The notes below the pieces were generated by a model, which saw only the letters and a list, made by a program, of their open reading frames with translations, was not told the origin of the DNA and did no database searches. Position numbers and translations under genes: made by a program. From Methanomassiliicoccaceae archaeon (GTDB taxonomy: Archaea > Thermoplasmatota > Thermoplasmata > Methanomassiliicoccales > UBA472), in contig CAWGZX010000003.1 of the NCBI GenBank assembly GCA_963827135.1, positions 131,681 through 195,680 on the forward strand: a DNA stretch of 64,000 bases. The letters run 5' to 3'. The stretch's first letter is position 1; each line of letters begins with the position of its first letter. Shown in pieces: positions 1-9,206 of the stretch.

Positions 1-79
1 AGGCGACTCGTTGGGCGGAGCTAGGGCATTCAGGAGCGATCTGGCATATGGTAGAGGCAACGTTCCAGTTCGCTCGCAA

Positions 80-286
80 ATGTCACAGCTGTTCGGGGAA
101 TCCCCCAAACGCAAGGTCCTTTGCACTTGCGGTGCCATCGCAGAGGTGGACCAAGGCATCGCCGCTAAGAAGAAAGCATTGGGGAAGGCCATGGAATGCC
201 GTAACTGCCGCAACGAGAGGATCGCCCGCGAGCGAGAGGAGCTGGAGCGGCACTTCTCTGGTGAGGACGGAGAAGAAGAGGAGTGA
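80..286 (+). CDS. Small zinc-ribbon-like hypothetical protein
   Basis: ATG at 80 (MSQLFGESP...); CxC...CxxC motif (LCTCG...MECRNC) followed by a charged helix and acidic tail; tandem TGA TGA stop. Confidence 0.55.
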   Translation: MSQLFGESPKRKVLCTCGAIAEVDQGIAAKKKALGKAMECRNCRNERIAREREELERHFSGEDGEEEE

Positions 287-336
287 TGAGCGCTCCTTCG
301 ATTTAGCTTCGAATCCCCTGGTCGGAAACTGCTCAC

Positions 337-375
337 TTTTAAATAGAGTCGTCCTGATGGCATTGCTCAAATGCC
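337..375 (+). promoter_or_regulatory. TATA-like box plus downstream inverted repeat before the CobW-type GTPase
   Basis: ttttaaata at 337-345; ggcatt-gctca-aatgcc inverted repeat at 359-375, just upstream of ATG 388. Confidence 0.35.
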
Positions 376-387
376 GAGGCTGTACCA

Positions 388-984
388 ATGGACCTGCTCC
401 TGATCTCCGGTTTCTTAGGTTCTGGGAAGACGACCGTTGTACTCTCCACCATCGACGAGATCACCAAGCGCAAGCACAAGAAGGTAGTGGTGATCGTGAA
501 CGATTTCGGCAAGATCGGCATCGATGGTAAGGTCATGGAGAAGTACGGACTGAAGGTCCGAGAGATGCCAAGCGGCTGCATCTGCTGCACCCTTGGCACT
601 GACCTCCTGACGACCCTGCGCGACGTCGCCGAGGCCTTCAAGCCCGACCTGGTGGTCATCGAGCCTACTGGTGTGGCCGATCCCGAGGCCATCCACAGCA
701 CCCTCAAGCTCTACGTCGGTCCGCCCATCGAATCCACCAAGATCGTAATCATCGTGGACGCTGAGAGGTACGAGGTCATTTCCAAGGCCTTGGAGCGGCC
801 TTTGAAGAACCAGCTCAAGGCTGCCCAGGTCATCATCCTTAACAAGATGGACAGGGTGAAGCCGGAGGTCCTCACGGACATCGAGTCCAAGATCAGGGCG
901 GTTGGCACTAATGCGACGATTATCCCTGCCTCGGCCACCGAAGGTACGAACCTGGACCAGGTCGTGGAAGCGATGGTGGGCTGA
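388..984 (+). CDS. CobW/HypB/UreG (G3E) family metallochaperone GTPase
   Basis: GFLGSGKTT Walker A, VNDFG, GCICC metal motif, IEPTG Walker B, NKMD G4. Confidence 0.9.
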   Translation: MDLLLISGFLGSGKTTVVLSTIDEITKRKHKKVVVIVNDFGKIGIDGKVMEKYGLKVREMPSGCICCTLGTDLLTTLRDVAEAFKPDLVVIEPTGVADPEAIHSTLKLYVGPPIESTKIVIIVDAERYEVISKALERPLKNQLKAAQVIILNKMDRVKPEVLTDIESKIRAVGTNATIIPASATEGTNLDQVVEAMVG

Positions 985-1419
985 ATGATAACCGACGACT
1001 TCGTTGCCTATGCGGGCAAGGTGCACGCGCGCTTCGACCGAGCCAAGGGAGCGGACGAGATAAGGTCATTGGTCTCCAGCACCATCTCCATGGTGGCCAA
1101 GGGATGCATGAGCGAGGGCGCCAAGCTGATCGGCCACATCAAGTGCATCGCTGAGGTCGATTCGGGCAAGTATATCGCCTGCAGCGCGGTCTCGGCGGAG
1201 AACGAGGCGATGTGCCGCGGGGAGCTGGATGGTACTTCGATGAGCCTCAACATCATCCTCAACGTCCTCATCTACGGCCTGGACAAGAAAAGGGTGGAGG
1301 AAATAGTGATCCGCTCAGCGAAGTCCATATTCCATGGCAAGGGCATGCACGTCGAGTTCGAGGACCTGGAGTTCGGAGAGCACGACCATTGCGATGATGA
1401 CCACGAGCACGACCATTAG
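985..1419 (+). CDS. Putative metal-binding partner of the G3E GTPase with a His/Asp-rich tail
   Basis: Abuts the GTPase (TGA-ATG); IGHIKC motif; C-terminal EHDHCDDDHEHDH. Confidence 0.7.
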   Translation: MITDDFVAYAGKVHARFDRAKGADEIRSLVSSTISMVAKGCMSEGAKLIGHIKCIAEVDSGKYIACSAVSAENEAMCRGELDGTSMSLNIILNVLIYGLDKKRVEEIVIRSAKSIFHGKGMHVEFEDLEFGEHDHCDDDHEHDH

Positions 1420-1425
1420 GTCGGC

Positions 1426-3942
1426 TCATTCCTTCTTCTTCGTGGACTTCTTCGCCTTCGCAGGCTTCTTCGCTTTCGTCGGCGAAGTCGCCTTCTTCTT
1501 TACCGTTTTGGGCTTGGCCTCTGGCTTCTTAGCCGTCTTCTTTACCGTTTTGGGCTTGGCCTCTGGCTTCTTAGCCGTCTTCTTTACCGTTTTGGGCTTG
1601 GCCTCTGGCTTCTTAGCCGTCTTCTTTACCGCTTTCTTTGGCTTCGCTTCCTTGGCCTCGGCTGCCTTATCGGCCTTCTTTTCCGCCTTCTTCTCCCGCT
1701 TGGGGCATTCCATGTTTACGCAGAACTTCCAGGGCCGACCGCGGTTCATCACCAGGGCGATGGGGGCGCGGCAGGCGTCGCACACCTCCCCCGTCATTTT
1801 CAACGAGCCGAACTGCGGCAGCGGATAGGTGCGCTTGCATTCCGGATATCCAGAGCATCCGATGAAGCGCTTGCCCGCTCGGGAGAAGAGCAGCCTGAGG
1901 GTCTTGCCGCACTCAGGGCACACGCCGACAGAGGTGGCCTGCTTGTTGCTCTCGCAGTCGGGATTGAGGCAATGCTTCTGCGGAGGGCTCCCCCTGCGGA
2001 TGAGGCGGACCACTGGGGATTTGCACTTTTCACAGATCTCCTCAGTCGACTCCAGCTTCGCCCCTCTGGGCTTCGGGAAGGCTCTCTTGCACTCCGGGTA
2101 GTTTGAGCAGGAGATGAACTCTCCCTTCCTCGAGCGCTTGACGCGGAGCTCTCCCTGGCAATCGGGGCATTTGCCCACATAGCTCTGCTGCATTAGCGCC
2201 GTGCGGATCTCGTTGCCGATGTCCTCGCGGTGCATCTCCATGACGTCGATGACGTCCGAGAGCATGTCCTGGGACTCCTTGACCACCTCGGGGAGGAGGG
2301 TCTTGCCTTCCGCGATCTCCTCCATGTCCTTCTCGAGGTGCGCCGTCATCTTGCTCTCGGTGATGGTCCGGGCGTGCTTCTCCAGGGACATGGCGACAGC
2401 GATCCCGCTCTCTGTGGGGACGAGGTCGTTGCCCACGACGTACTTGCGGTCGTAGAGCTTCTGCACGATCTCGTGCCTGGTGGACTTGGTGCCGAGGCCC
2501 AGCCTCTCCATCTCTTGGATGAGGGTGCCTTGGGTGAAACGCCTTGGGGGCTGGGTCTCCAGCCGCTCCAGGTCCACGCCGACGACATCGACCTTCTCTC
2601 CAACGGAGAGGAGGGGCAGGTTCGTCTCCGTGACCCGGAAGTAGGGATAGTACTTGCGCCAGCCAGGGGAGAGGATCTTGTATCCCTTGGCCTCGAAGAC
2701 CTCGTCCTTGATGGCCAATTTCGCATGACGGTGCTCCGCTTTGCAGGAAGGCGCCACGGTGGCGAGGAACCTTCGGACCACCAGCTCATAGATCCTCCAC
2801 TTCTCTCCCTTGAGGTCCTTCTTGGTAGCCGCCTCGGTCGGATAGATCGGAGGATGGTCGGTGGTCTCCATCCTTCCTCTGGATGGACGGATGGACTCTT
2901 GTGCCAGTATCTCATCGGCCTCTTGCTTGAAGTCGGACTCGCGCAGCTTCTCGAGGATGGTCCTCAACCCCAAAGAGCGAGGATACACGGTGTTGTCGGT
3001 CCTAGGATACGAGATGTAACCAGAGGTGTACAGGTCCTCGGCCACCTTCATGGCCAGAGAGGCGGACATTCCCATCTTCACCGCCTCGGCCAGAAGCATG
3101 GTGGTGTTGAACGGGGGTGGCGGATACTCGTCCTTGTTCTCCAGCAGGTACTCCTTGACCTCTGCCGGCGAGGAGCCATGGCATTTGGTCAAGGCCTCCT
3201 TTGCTCCCCCTTCCTCCCAGAAGGGGTTCTTCTCGTGCCTTCCGACGAACTCCATGTCCTTCCTGAACTTGGCTTGGATGTTCCAGTAGGGCTTGGGAAC
3301 GAAGTTGATGATGGAGTTGTGCTTGTCCACGGTCAGTGATAGGGTGGGGCTCTGCACCCTGCCCACTGAAAGGAAGTTCGATCCCACCTGCCCGGAGGCC
3401 AGAGAGATGAACCTTGTGAGGGCGGCTCCCCAGGCCAGATCGATGATCTGACGGCACTCCGCCGCCTCCGCCAACCGCTCATCCGGCTTGGTGAGCTCCT
3501 GGAAGGCGCGCTCGATCTCCGCCTTGGTCAAGGCCGAGAACCTGGCCCTCTTGACCTTGGCCGGATCGACATCGAGCATGTCAACCGTCTCCATCCCGAT
3601 GAGCTCCCCCTCACGGTCGAAGTCGGTGGCGATGATTATCTGGTCCGCGTCCCGGGACCGTTCTTGCAGAACATTGATGATGTTGTGCGCACGCACGCTC
3701 TTCACTGGGGCGGCGTAGACTAGCTGCTTGGCCGGCGTCTTCTGCCAGTCGTTCATCTCCGTTGGATAGTCGAGCTCGATGACGTGCCCCCGGAGGCCGA
3801 CCACCGTCCACTCGTCTCCTTCCCTTTCGAAAGAGAAGACCTGGACGCCCCTGTCCCTTTGCGACCTCTTGTTCCCGCTGGACAGGATGGTGGCGATGCG
3901 CGCGGCGGCATTGGACTTCTCAGAGATGACCAGCCTCTTCAT
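1426..3942 (-). CDS. topA: DNA topoisomerase I (type IA) with C4 zinc ribbons and a Lys-rich tail
   Basis: TOPRIM ISEK...ATDFDREGE, SVGRVQSP, catalytic YISYPRTD, GLGTKSTR, repeated CPxC..SCSNYPEC ribbons; start taken at MKRLVISEK. Confidence 0.96.
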   Translation of the reverse strand: MKRLVISEKSNAAARIATILSSGNKRSQRDRGVQVFSFEREGDEWTVVGLRGHVIELDYPTEMNDWQKTPAKQLVYAAPVKSVRAHNIINVLQERSRDADQIIIATDFDREGELIGMETVDMLDVDPAKVKRARFSALTKAEIERAFQELTKPDERLAEAAECRQIIDLAWGAALTRFISLASGQVGSNFLSVGRVQSPTLSLTVDKHNSIINFVPKPYWNIQAKFRKDMEFVGRHEKNPFWEEGGAKEALTKCHGSSPAEVKEYLLENKDEYPPPPFNTTMLLAEAVKMGMSASLAMKVAEDLYTSGYISYPRTDNTVYPRSLGLRTILEKLRESDFKQEADEILAQESIRPSRGRMETTDHPPIYPTEAATKKDLKGEKWRIYELVVRRFLATVAPSCKAEHRHAKLAIKDEVFEAKGYKILSPGWRKYYPYFRVTETNLPLLSVGEKVDVVGVDLERLETQPPRRFTQGTLIQEMERLGLGTKSTRHEIVQKLYDRKYVVGNDLVPTESGIAVAMSLEKHARTITESKMTAHLEKDMEEIAEGKTLLPEVVKESQDMLSDVIDVMEMHREDIGNEIRTALMQQSYVGKCPDCQGELRVKRSRKGEFISCSNYPECKRAFPKPRGAKLESTEEICEKCKSPVVRLIRRGSPPQKHCLNPDCESNKQATSVGVCPECGKTLRLLFSRAGKRFIGCSGYPECKRTYPLPQFGSLKMTGEVCDACRAPIALVMNRGRPWKFCVNMECPKREKKAEKKADKAAEAKEAKPKKAVKKTAKKPEAKPKTVKKTAKKPEAKPKTVKKTAKKPEAKPKTVKKKATSPTKAKKPAKAKKSTKKKE
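1495..1631. repeat. Three-plus perfect 42-bp tandem repeats inside the topA 3' end
   Basis: Unit cttctttaccgttttgggcttggcctctggcttcttagccgt repeated with period 42 (taccgtttt at 1501, 1543, 1585); encodes VKKTAKKPEAKPKT. Confidence 0.95.
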
Positions 3943-4022
3943 CGGGTCTCGACCAAGCACAAGGGACTATAAAATAATAGGCTTGACACTCACGACTTGG
4001 ACCAAAATCCAACTGGCCATGC

Positions 4023-4451
4023 TCAATGGACATGGTGCTCGCTCAGCTCGCCAGCGATGAGCACTGGCTGTCCTTGGGTGACACCCTTGACGTTGGTCAG
4101 GTCCTTGACCAGGGCTTGGATTCCTTCCACGGTGCCATGCACCACGAGCACCTCGAGGCACCTCTCCTCGTCGAGGTGCACATGGATGGACGAGGAGATC
4201 ACTTCATGATGGTGATGCTGCACGTCCATCATGTTCTCCTTCACCCCTCCATGACTGTGGTCATAGACCAGGGTGATGGTCCCCAAGGCGTGGGATTCAT
4301 CATGCGAGAGGGATTCCTGGACCAGGGCGTTGCGGATGAGGTCTCGGATGGCCTCGGACCGGGTGGCAAAGCCTTTCTGCACCACCAACAGGTCGAAGCT
4401 CTTCAGAAGCTCTGGCTCCAATGAGACGCCGATGCGCGTGACGTTGTCCAT
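4023..4451 (-). CDS. nikR: Nickel-responsive transcriptional regulator NikR
   Basis: RHH N-terminus RIGVSL...SRSEAIRDLIR-like; QHHHH, HVHLD...CLEV Ni ligands; start MDNVTRIG at 4451. Confidence 0.93.
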   Translation of the reverse strand: MDNVTRIGVSLEPELLKSFDLLVVQKGFATRSEAIRDLIRNALVQESLSHDESHALGTITLVYDHSHGGVKENMMDVQHHHHEVISSSIHVHLDEERCLEVLVVHGTVEGIQALVKDLTNVKGVTQGQPVLIAGELSEHHVH

Positions 4452-4494
4452 GCAACCCAAGCTAGCATCTGCCAAAAAGAAATAGCTTTGCCTC

Positions 4495-5904
4495 TCAGCC
4501 CGCCCTCTCATCATCGATGCGGCGGAGGTACTGTCCCCTCTCATACAGGCAACGTAGCGCGAACACAGCCCTCCTCATGGTCGTATAGGTCGGGACGCCC
4601 TTCTCCTCCAAACGGCGCAATATCGGCCTCGGGAACGCGCCTCCCACGCAGCAGACGACCATTGGCTTCCTTCCTTTCCTGGCCCACCGCTCCACCACGT
4701 CCACGACCCCTACGGTCATCCCTGGCGGTTGGAAGAGCAGGTTGAGCAGGATCGCGTCCACGCTCTCCTCGGACTGCACCAGGTCGATCACCTCATGGTA
4801 CATCTGGTCGGTGACGACCCCAGTGAGGTCCACCGGGTTCTCCACCGAGGCGAAGGGAGGGACCTTCTCCCTCAGCCTCGTCTTGGTCACCTCCCCTAAG
4901 CTGGCCATGCTCAGCCCGAAGCCCTTGGTCTTGGAGGTGACGTAGTCGGTGGCGATGACGCCGAAGCCGCCCGCGCTTCCCACGATGGCGATACGGTCGC
5001 CTTTGACGTGGCCGATGTGGGCCAAGGCCTTGGCCGCATCCAGAAGCTCGAAGTCGTCGGCGACCCGCTGCACTCCAGCCTGCTTGAAGATGCCGCTGAC
5101 CAAGGCGTCGGAGGAGGTGGCGATGGCCCCGGTATGGGATGCGGCCGCCCTCGCCCCGCTAGGTGTGGTCCCTACCTTGGCGGCCACGATCGGCTTCTTT
5201 CGGGAGACCTCCTTGGCCATGTCGAAGAATGCCTGGCCATCGGCGAAGGATTCGATGTACATGCCGATGCACTTGGTGCCATGGTCGTGCGCCAGGTACT
5301 CGAGGAAATCGTTCTCGTTCAAGTCCGCCTTGTTGCCCACCCCGACGCAGGAGCGCAGGCCTACCCCGTGGTCCTCCGCAACCTCGTACATGCCTACCAG
5401 CACGGACCCGCTCTGGGAGATGATGGATATGGAGCCGTCCTTCGGCCTGGGGCTCCTCTCCCTGGGAAGGAAGAAGGTGTCGAACCTGCGCCCCGGGACC
5501 ATGACCCCCATGGTGTTCGGGCCGAGAAGCCTCGTCTCCGTCCCCCGCACGGCCTCGGCGATTCCCATCTGGACGATCCTGCCCTCCTCCCCCATCTCCG
5601 AGAAACCTCCGGCCACGGAGATGACGAAAGGTATCTTGGCCTGGACGCACTCCTGGACCGCCTGAAGGGTCGCTTGGGCGGTGACGCTCAGGATGGCGAC
5701 GTCAACCTTCTCTGGGAGGGCGCCCACCGAAGGATAGCAGAGGAGGCCGAGCAGATCGTGGCGGTTCGGGTTCACGGGGTAGATGCGGAACGTGCCCCCC
5801 ATCAGCTGCCTGAGTATGACGTTCCCCGCCTTCTCTGGCTGCGAGGACGCGCCTACCACCGCCACGCTCCTGGGGTTGAACAGCCTATCCAAGCTTCCGG
5901 GCAC
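4495..5904 (-). CDS. acdA: Acetate/acyl-CoA ligase (ADP-forming), alpha subunit
   Basis: LFNPRSVAVVGAS CoA-binding domain, LLGPNTMG, ISQSG, GNKAD, phospho-His motif ASHTGA, NPVDLTG. Confidence 0.88.
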   Translation of the reverse strand: MPGSLDRLFNPRSVAVVGASSQPEKAGNVILRQLMGGTFRIYPVNPNRHDLLGLLCYPSVGALPEKVDVAILSVTAQATLQAVQECVQAKIPFVISVAGGFSEMGEEGRIVQMGIAEAVRGTETRLLGPNTMGVMVPGRRFDTFFLPRERSPRPKDGSISIISQSGSVLVGMYEVAEDHGVGLRSCVGVGNKADLNENDFLEYLAHDHGTKCIGMYIESFADGQAFFDMAKEVSRKKPIVAAKVGTTPSGARAAASHTGAIATSSDALVSGIFKQAGVQRVADDFELLDAAKALAHIGHVKGDRIAIVGSAGGFGVIATDYVTSKTKGFGLSMASLGEVTKTRLREKVPPFASVENPVDLTGVVTDQMYHEVIDLVQSEESVDAILLNLLFQPPGMTVGVVDVVERWARKGRKPMVVCCVGGAFPRPILRRLEEKGVPTYTTMRRAVFALRCLYERGQYLRRIDDERAG

Positions 5905-6010
5905 GGCGAACCATTGGCCTAGCGATTTATAATGGTTGAGGGGAAGCGCGCTAGCCTTCGAATAGCAAGCCTAGAAATTTGGAAATACCGGGGTCGGGAT
6001 TGATGGTGAC

Positions 6011-6793
6011 GTGGCCGACGCTGAGGAAATGTTGAAGGTCCTTGAAAGGGCGGTAGGGGAGGAATGCGACGAGGCCGAGGCCGGGATCCTATTCTCAGGT
6101 GGTCTGGACAGCACGGTCCTGGCCAAGCTCGCATCCGCCCGTTGCCAGGTCATGCTCTACACCATCGGAATGCCTGGAAGCCATGATCTGAAGGTGGCCG
6201 AGGAGACCGCCTCCGATCTGGACATGCGCTGGGAAGGTATCCAGCTCGATCGCAGGGATATCCTCAGCGCCCTCCCTAGGATCTCCGAAATCATAGGCAC
6301 GGACAATCCTCTGGTGCTTTCGTTCGAGATGCCGCTGTACATCGTCTCAGCCAAGGCCAAGGAGCGTCTCCTCATCTCGGGTCAAGGCGCGGATGAGCTA
6401 TTCGGAGGATATGCTAGGTATGCGAGGATGAGCGAGGCAGAACTAGCCCTCAGCCTGGACCAGGACCTGAGAGGCCTGCTGACCGTGGGCATGGAAAGGG
6501 AGAGGAGGCTCGCCGAGCACTTCGGCAAGGTCATCCGCCATCCCTATCTGCACCGGGCGGTCGTTGAGATGGCGCAGCACCTACCCATGTCCGAGCGCAT
6601 ACACGAAGGAGAAAGGAAGAAGGTGCTCAGGGACGTTGCCACCCTGCTTCAGCTCGGACCGGTTGCCGCCCGACCCAAGAAGGCCGCCCAGTACGGCTCG
6701 GGAGTGATGAGGGAGATGAAGTCGGAGGCTAAGGAGAGAGGCGTCCCCCTTGCCGATTTGGTCTCGTCCCTGCGTGGTGAGGAAACCCTATAA
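6011..6793 (+). CDS. Asparagine synthase-related protein (synthetase domain only)
   Basis: PP-loop FSGGLDS, SGQGADELFGGY, RPKKAAQYGSG; no N-terminal Ntn glutaminase domain. Confidence 0.8.
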   Translation: MADAEEMLKVLERAVGEECDEAEAGILFSGGLDSTVLAKLASARCQVMLYTIGMPGSHDLKVAEETASDLDMRWEGIQLDRRDILSALPRISEIIGTDNPLVLSFEMPLYIVSAKAKERLLISGQGADELFGGYARYARMSEAELALSLDQDLRGLLTVGMERERRLAEHFGKVIRHPYLHRAVVEMAQHLPMSERIHEGERKKVLRDVATLLQLGPVAARPKKAAQYGSGVMREMKSEAKERGVPLADLVSSLRGEETL

Positions 6794-6819
6794 AGTCAAG
6801 CCGTCATCATCTGGGCGAT

Positions 6820-8112
6820 ATGGAATACCAAGAGGCCTTGGACTGGCTGCTGGACCTCGAGGTCATGGGCATCAAGCTCGGGCTCACCAACGTGCGAGAA
6901 TTGCTATCAAGGCTGGGAGACCCGCAGCGCCAGTTCCGGAGCGTGCACGTAGCCGGAACGAACGGAAAGGGGTCGGTCAGCGCCATGACCGCCTCCATCC
7001 TGAAGGCCCAAGGCTATCGCACGGCGCTGTACACGTCCCCGCACATGGTCGATTTCCGGGAGCGCGTCCAAGTGGACGGGCTGCCGATATCGCGCAAGCA
7101 GCTCTGCCGATTGGTGAAAGAGGTGAAGGGGCAGGTCGATGATATGTGCCTGGCCAAGCCCGAGGCCTGTCCCACATTCTTCGAGGTCACAACCGCCCTC
7201 GCCTTCTTGCATTTCGCGGAGCTCGGGACGGAACTGGCGGTTGTGGAGGTGGGCATGGGGGGGAGATTGGACGCCACCAACGTCATCGTCCCCGAGTGTA
7301 CGGCGATAACCAGGATCGGCCTTGAGCACACACGCTACCTCGGCGACACCCTGGGCAAGATTGCCTTCGAGAAGGCGGGGATAATCAAGCCTGGCGTTCC
7401 GGTGGTGACCGCGGAGCACGATCCGGAGACCTTGGGCGTCATAAGGGCTCGCGCCTCGGAGCTGGCCTCTCCCTTGCGGATCGTGGCGGAGGGAGTCGAC
7501 TTCAAGCTCATCGAGTCCAGCTTGCAGGGCACCAAGGTGCTCATTCACCGGAACGGGATGCAGGCTTTTCTCCCTCTCATCGGTTCCTATCAGGCATCGA
7601 ATGCCGGACTGGCCTTCGCCTTGGTCGAATGCCTGAGGTCCAGGGGGATTGCCGTGAGCGACGAGGCGGTGCGCAGAGGGTTGGAGACGGTGACATGGCC
7701 GGGCAGGATGGAGCTCGTACGCCGCCGCCCCGACGTTCTCCTCGATGCCACCCATACGCCGCAAGGAGCGGAGGCCGTGGCCGAGGACCTGCGCCGGCTT
7801 GTCAAGGGCAGGATAATCCTGGTGATGGGCGTGCTCGACGACAAGGACCTCGAAGGCGTGGTCTCGCCCTTCGCCCGGATATCGGACCTGGGCATAGCGG
7901 TCGCCCCTCTTACTGCCAGGGCGTTTCCGGCGGAGACTGTCTGCAAGGCCATGCGTATGTACATGGGGAAGGCAGAGGCCGCTGGTTCGGTGGTCGAGGG
8001 CCTATGCATGGCCCTCAAATCGGCTGGCCACGAGGACACGGTCATGGTGACTGGCTCGATCTACACGCTCGGCGAGGCGAAGGCCTGGTGGGAAGCGCAT
8101 GAAGGATGCTAG
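6820..8112 (+). CDS. folC: Folylpolyglutamate synthase/dihydrofolate synthase
   Basis: HVAGTNGKGS, YTSPH, TFFE, EVGMGGRLDATN, EKAGIIK, WPGRME, GSIY. Confidence 0.93.
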   Translation: MEYQEALDWLLDLEVMGIKLGLTNVRELLSRLGDPQRQFRSVHVAGTNGKGSVSAMTASILKAQGYRTALYTSPHMVDFRERVQVDGLPISRKQLCRLVKEVKGQVDDMCLAKPEACPTFFEVTTALAFLHFAELGTELAVVEVGMGGRLDATNVIVPECTAITRIGLEHTRYLGDTLGKIAFEKAGIIKPGVPVVTAEHDPETLGVIRARASELASPLRIVAEGVDFKLIESSLQGTKVLIHRNGMQAFLPLIGSYQASNAGLAFALVECLRSRGIAVSDEAVRRGLETVTWPGRMELVRRRPDVLLDATHTPQGAEAVAEDLRRLVKGRIILVMGVLDDKDLEGVVSPFARISDLGIAVAPLTARAFPAETVCKAMRMYMGKAEAAGSVVEGLCMALKSAGHEDTVMVTGSIYTLGEAKAWWEAHEGC

Positions 8113-8806
8113 GCTCATCCTGGAGCTCGTGAGAAAGGCTTGTCCGAGGGGGGCATTCCCGGGCAGGAACGGGGAGGAGGTGTCCGATTGGCCGCCCGAC
8201 CCCTTCCACGTGCTTATCTCCACTGTGCTCTCTCAGAGGACGAAGGACGCCAACACCTATGCGGCCTCGGCCGCCCTTTTCAAGGAATACGATACGCCCG
8301 AGGACATCGCCCAAGCACCCTTGGATAAGATAATCAGGTTGGTGCGACCCGCTGGCTTCCCGGAGACCAAGGCAAGGGCGATCAAGGAGATCGCGAGACG
8401 AGTACACGAGGAAATGGGCGGGGAAGTCCCCAAGGATATGGACGCCCTTCTCTCGTTACCCATGGTGGGCAGGAAGACGGCCAATTGCGTGCTGGCGTAC
8501 GCCTTCCATGAGCCTGCCGTCTGCGTCGATACCCACGTCCATAGGATATCGAACCGCATCGGCCTGGTAAGGACCGACGATCCCGAGGGCACGGAGATGG
8601 CCTTGATGAGAGAGGTACCAAGGGACCTGTGGATCGATGTCAACTCCCTGCTCGTCACCTTCGGCCAGACCATCTGCTTACCGAGGAATCCGAGGTGCAC
8701 AGGTTGCCCGGTGGCTCCGCACTGCGACTACTTCTCCAACCTGAGAGCCTCAACCACATCGACCGGGAACCTTCGTACCAAGAAAGGGCGTAAGCCTAAA
8801 GCATAA
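8099..8806 (+). CDS. nth: Endonuclease III (HhH-GPD, 4Fe-4S)
   Basis: LISTVLSQRTKD, LPMVGRKTAN HhH, VDTHVHR, C-x6-C-x2-C-x5-C cluster motif. Confidence 0.93.
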   Translation: MKDARLILELVRKACPRGAFPGRNGEEVSDWPPDPFHVLISTVLSQRTKDANTYAASAALFKEYDTPEDIAQAPLDKIIRLVRPAGFPETKARAIKEIARRVHEEMGGEVPKDMDALLSLPMVGRKTANCVLAYAFHEPAVCVDTHVHRISNRIGLVRTDDPEGTEMALMREVPRDLWIDVNSLLVTFGQTICLPRNPRCTGCPVAPHCDYFSNLRASTTSTGNLRTKKGRKPKA

Positions 8807-8831
8807 TAATGGCGAGAGGGCGTCCAGGCTC

Positions 8832-9206
8832 GTGCACGAGGTATCGGTCATGGCCAGCATCGTGGAGGCGGTGCTCGAGGAGCTGAAGAAGCACGATGTG
8901 GAGAAGGTGGAGGAGGTGCACATGGTGATCGGTGAGCTCACCTTCCTAGGAAAGGACCAGTTGGAGTTCGCCTATGAGATAGTCACCAGGGGCACCATCC
9001 TGGAAGGGTCAAAGCTGGTGATGACCGATGAGAAGGTGCAGGTCCGTTGCCGCTCCTGTGGATACTCTGGGGGCGTGGAATACGTCAGTGGCGGTGGCCA
9101 GGACCACGTCATCCCAAATTTGTCGTGCCCGAAGTGTGCTTCGACGGTCGAGGTCACGAAAGGCAAAAGCTGCGCCGTGACCTCCCTCAAGGTGGTGCAA
9201 AGGTAG
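8832..9206 (+). CDS. hypA: Hydrogenase nickel metallochaperone HypA
   Basis: MHE N-terminus (GTG start), two CxxC (CRSC, CPKC). Confidence 0.92.
   Translation: MHEVSVMASIVEAVLEELKKHDVEKVEEVHMVIGELTFLGKDQLEFAYEIVTRGTILEGSKLVMTDEKVQVRCRSCGYSGGVEYVSGGGQDHVIPNLSCPKCASTVEVTKGKSCAVTSLKVVQR

Noticed and set aside
300-330. ttcgaatccc as a tRNA T-loop
   Set aside because: No T-stem, acceptor or anticodon arm can be formed
982-987. Selenocysteine read-through at the in-frame TGA between the GTPase and its partner
   Set aside because: Not at a catalytic Cys-equivalent position, no SECIS-like hairpin recognised, and the following ATG explains coupling
1495-1631. 42-bp repeats as a CRISPR array
   Set aside because: Head-to-tail with no spacers, in frame inside topA, and no cas genes in the window
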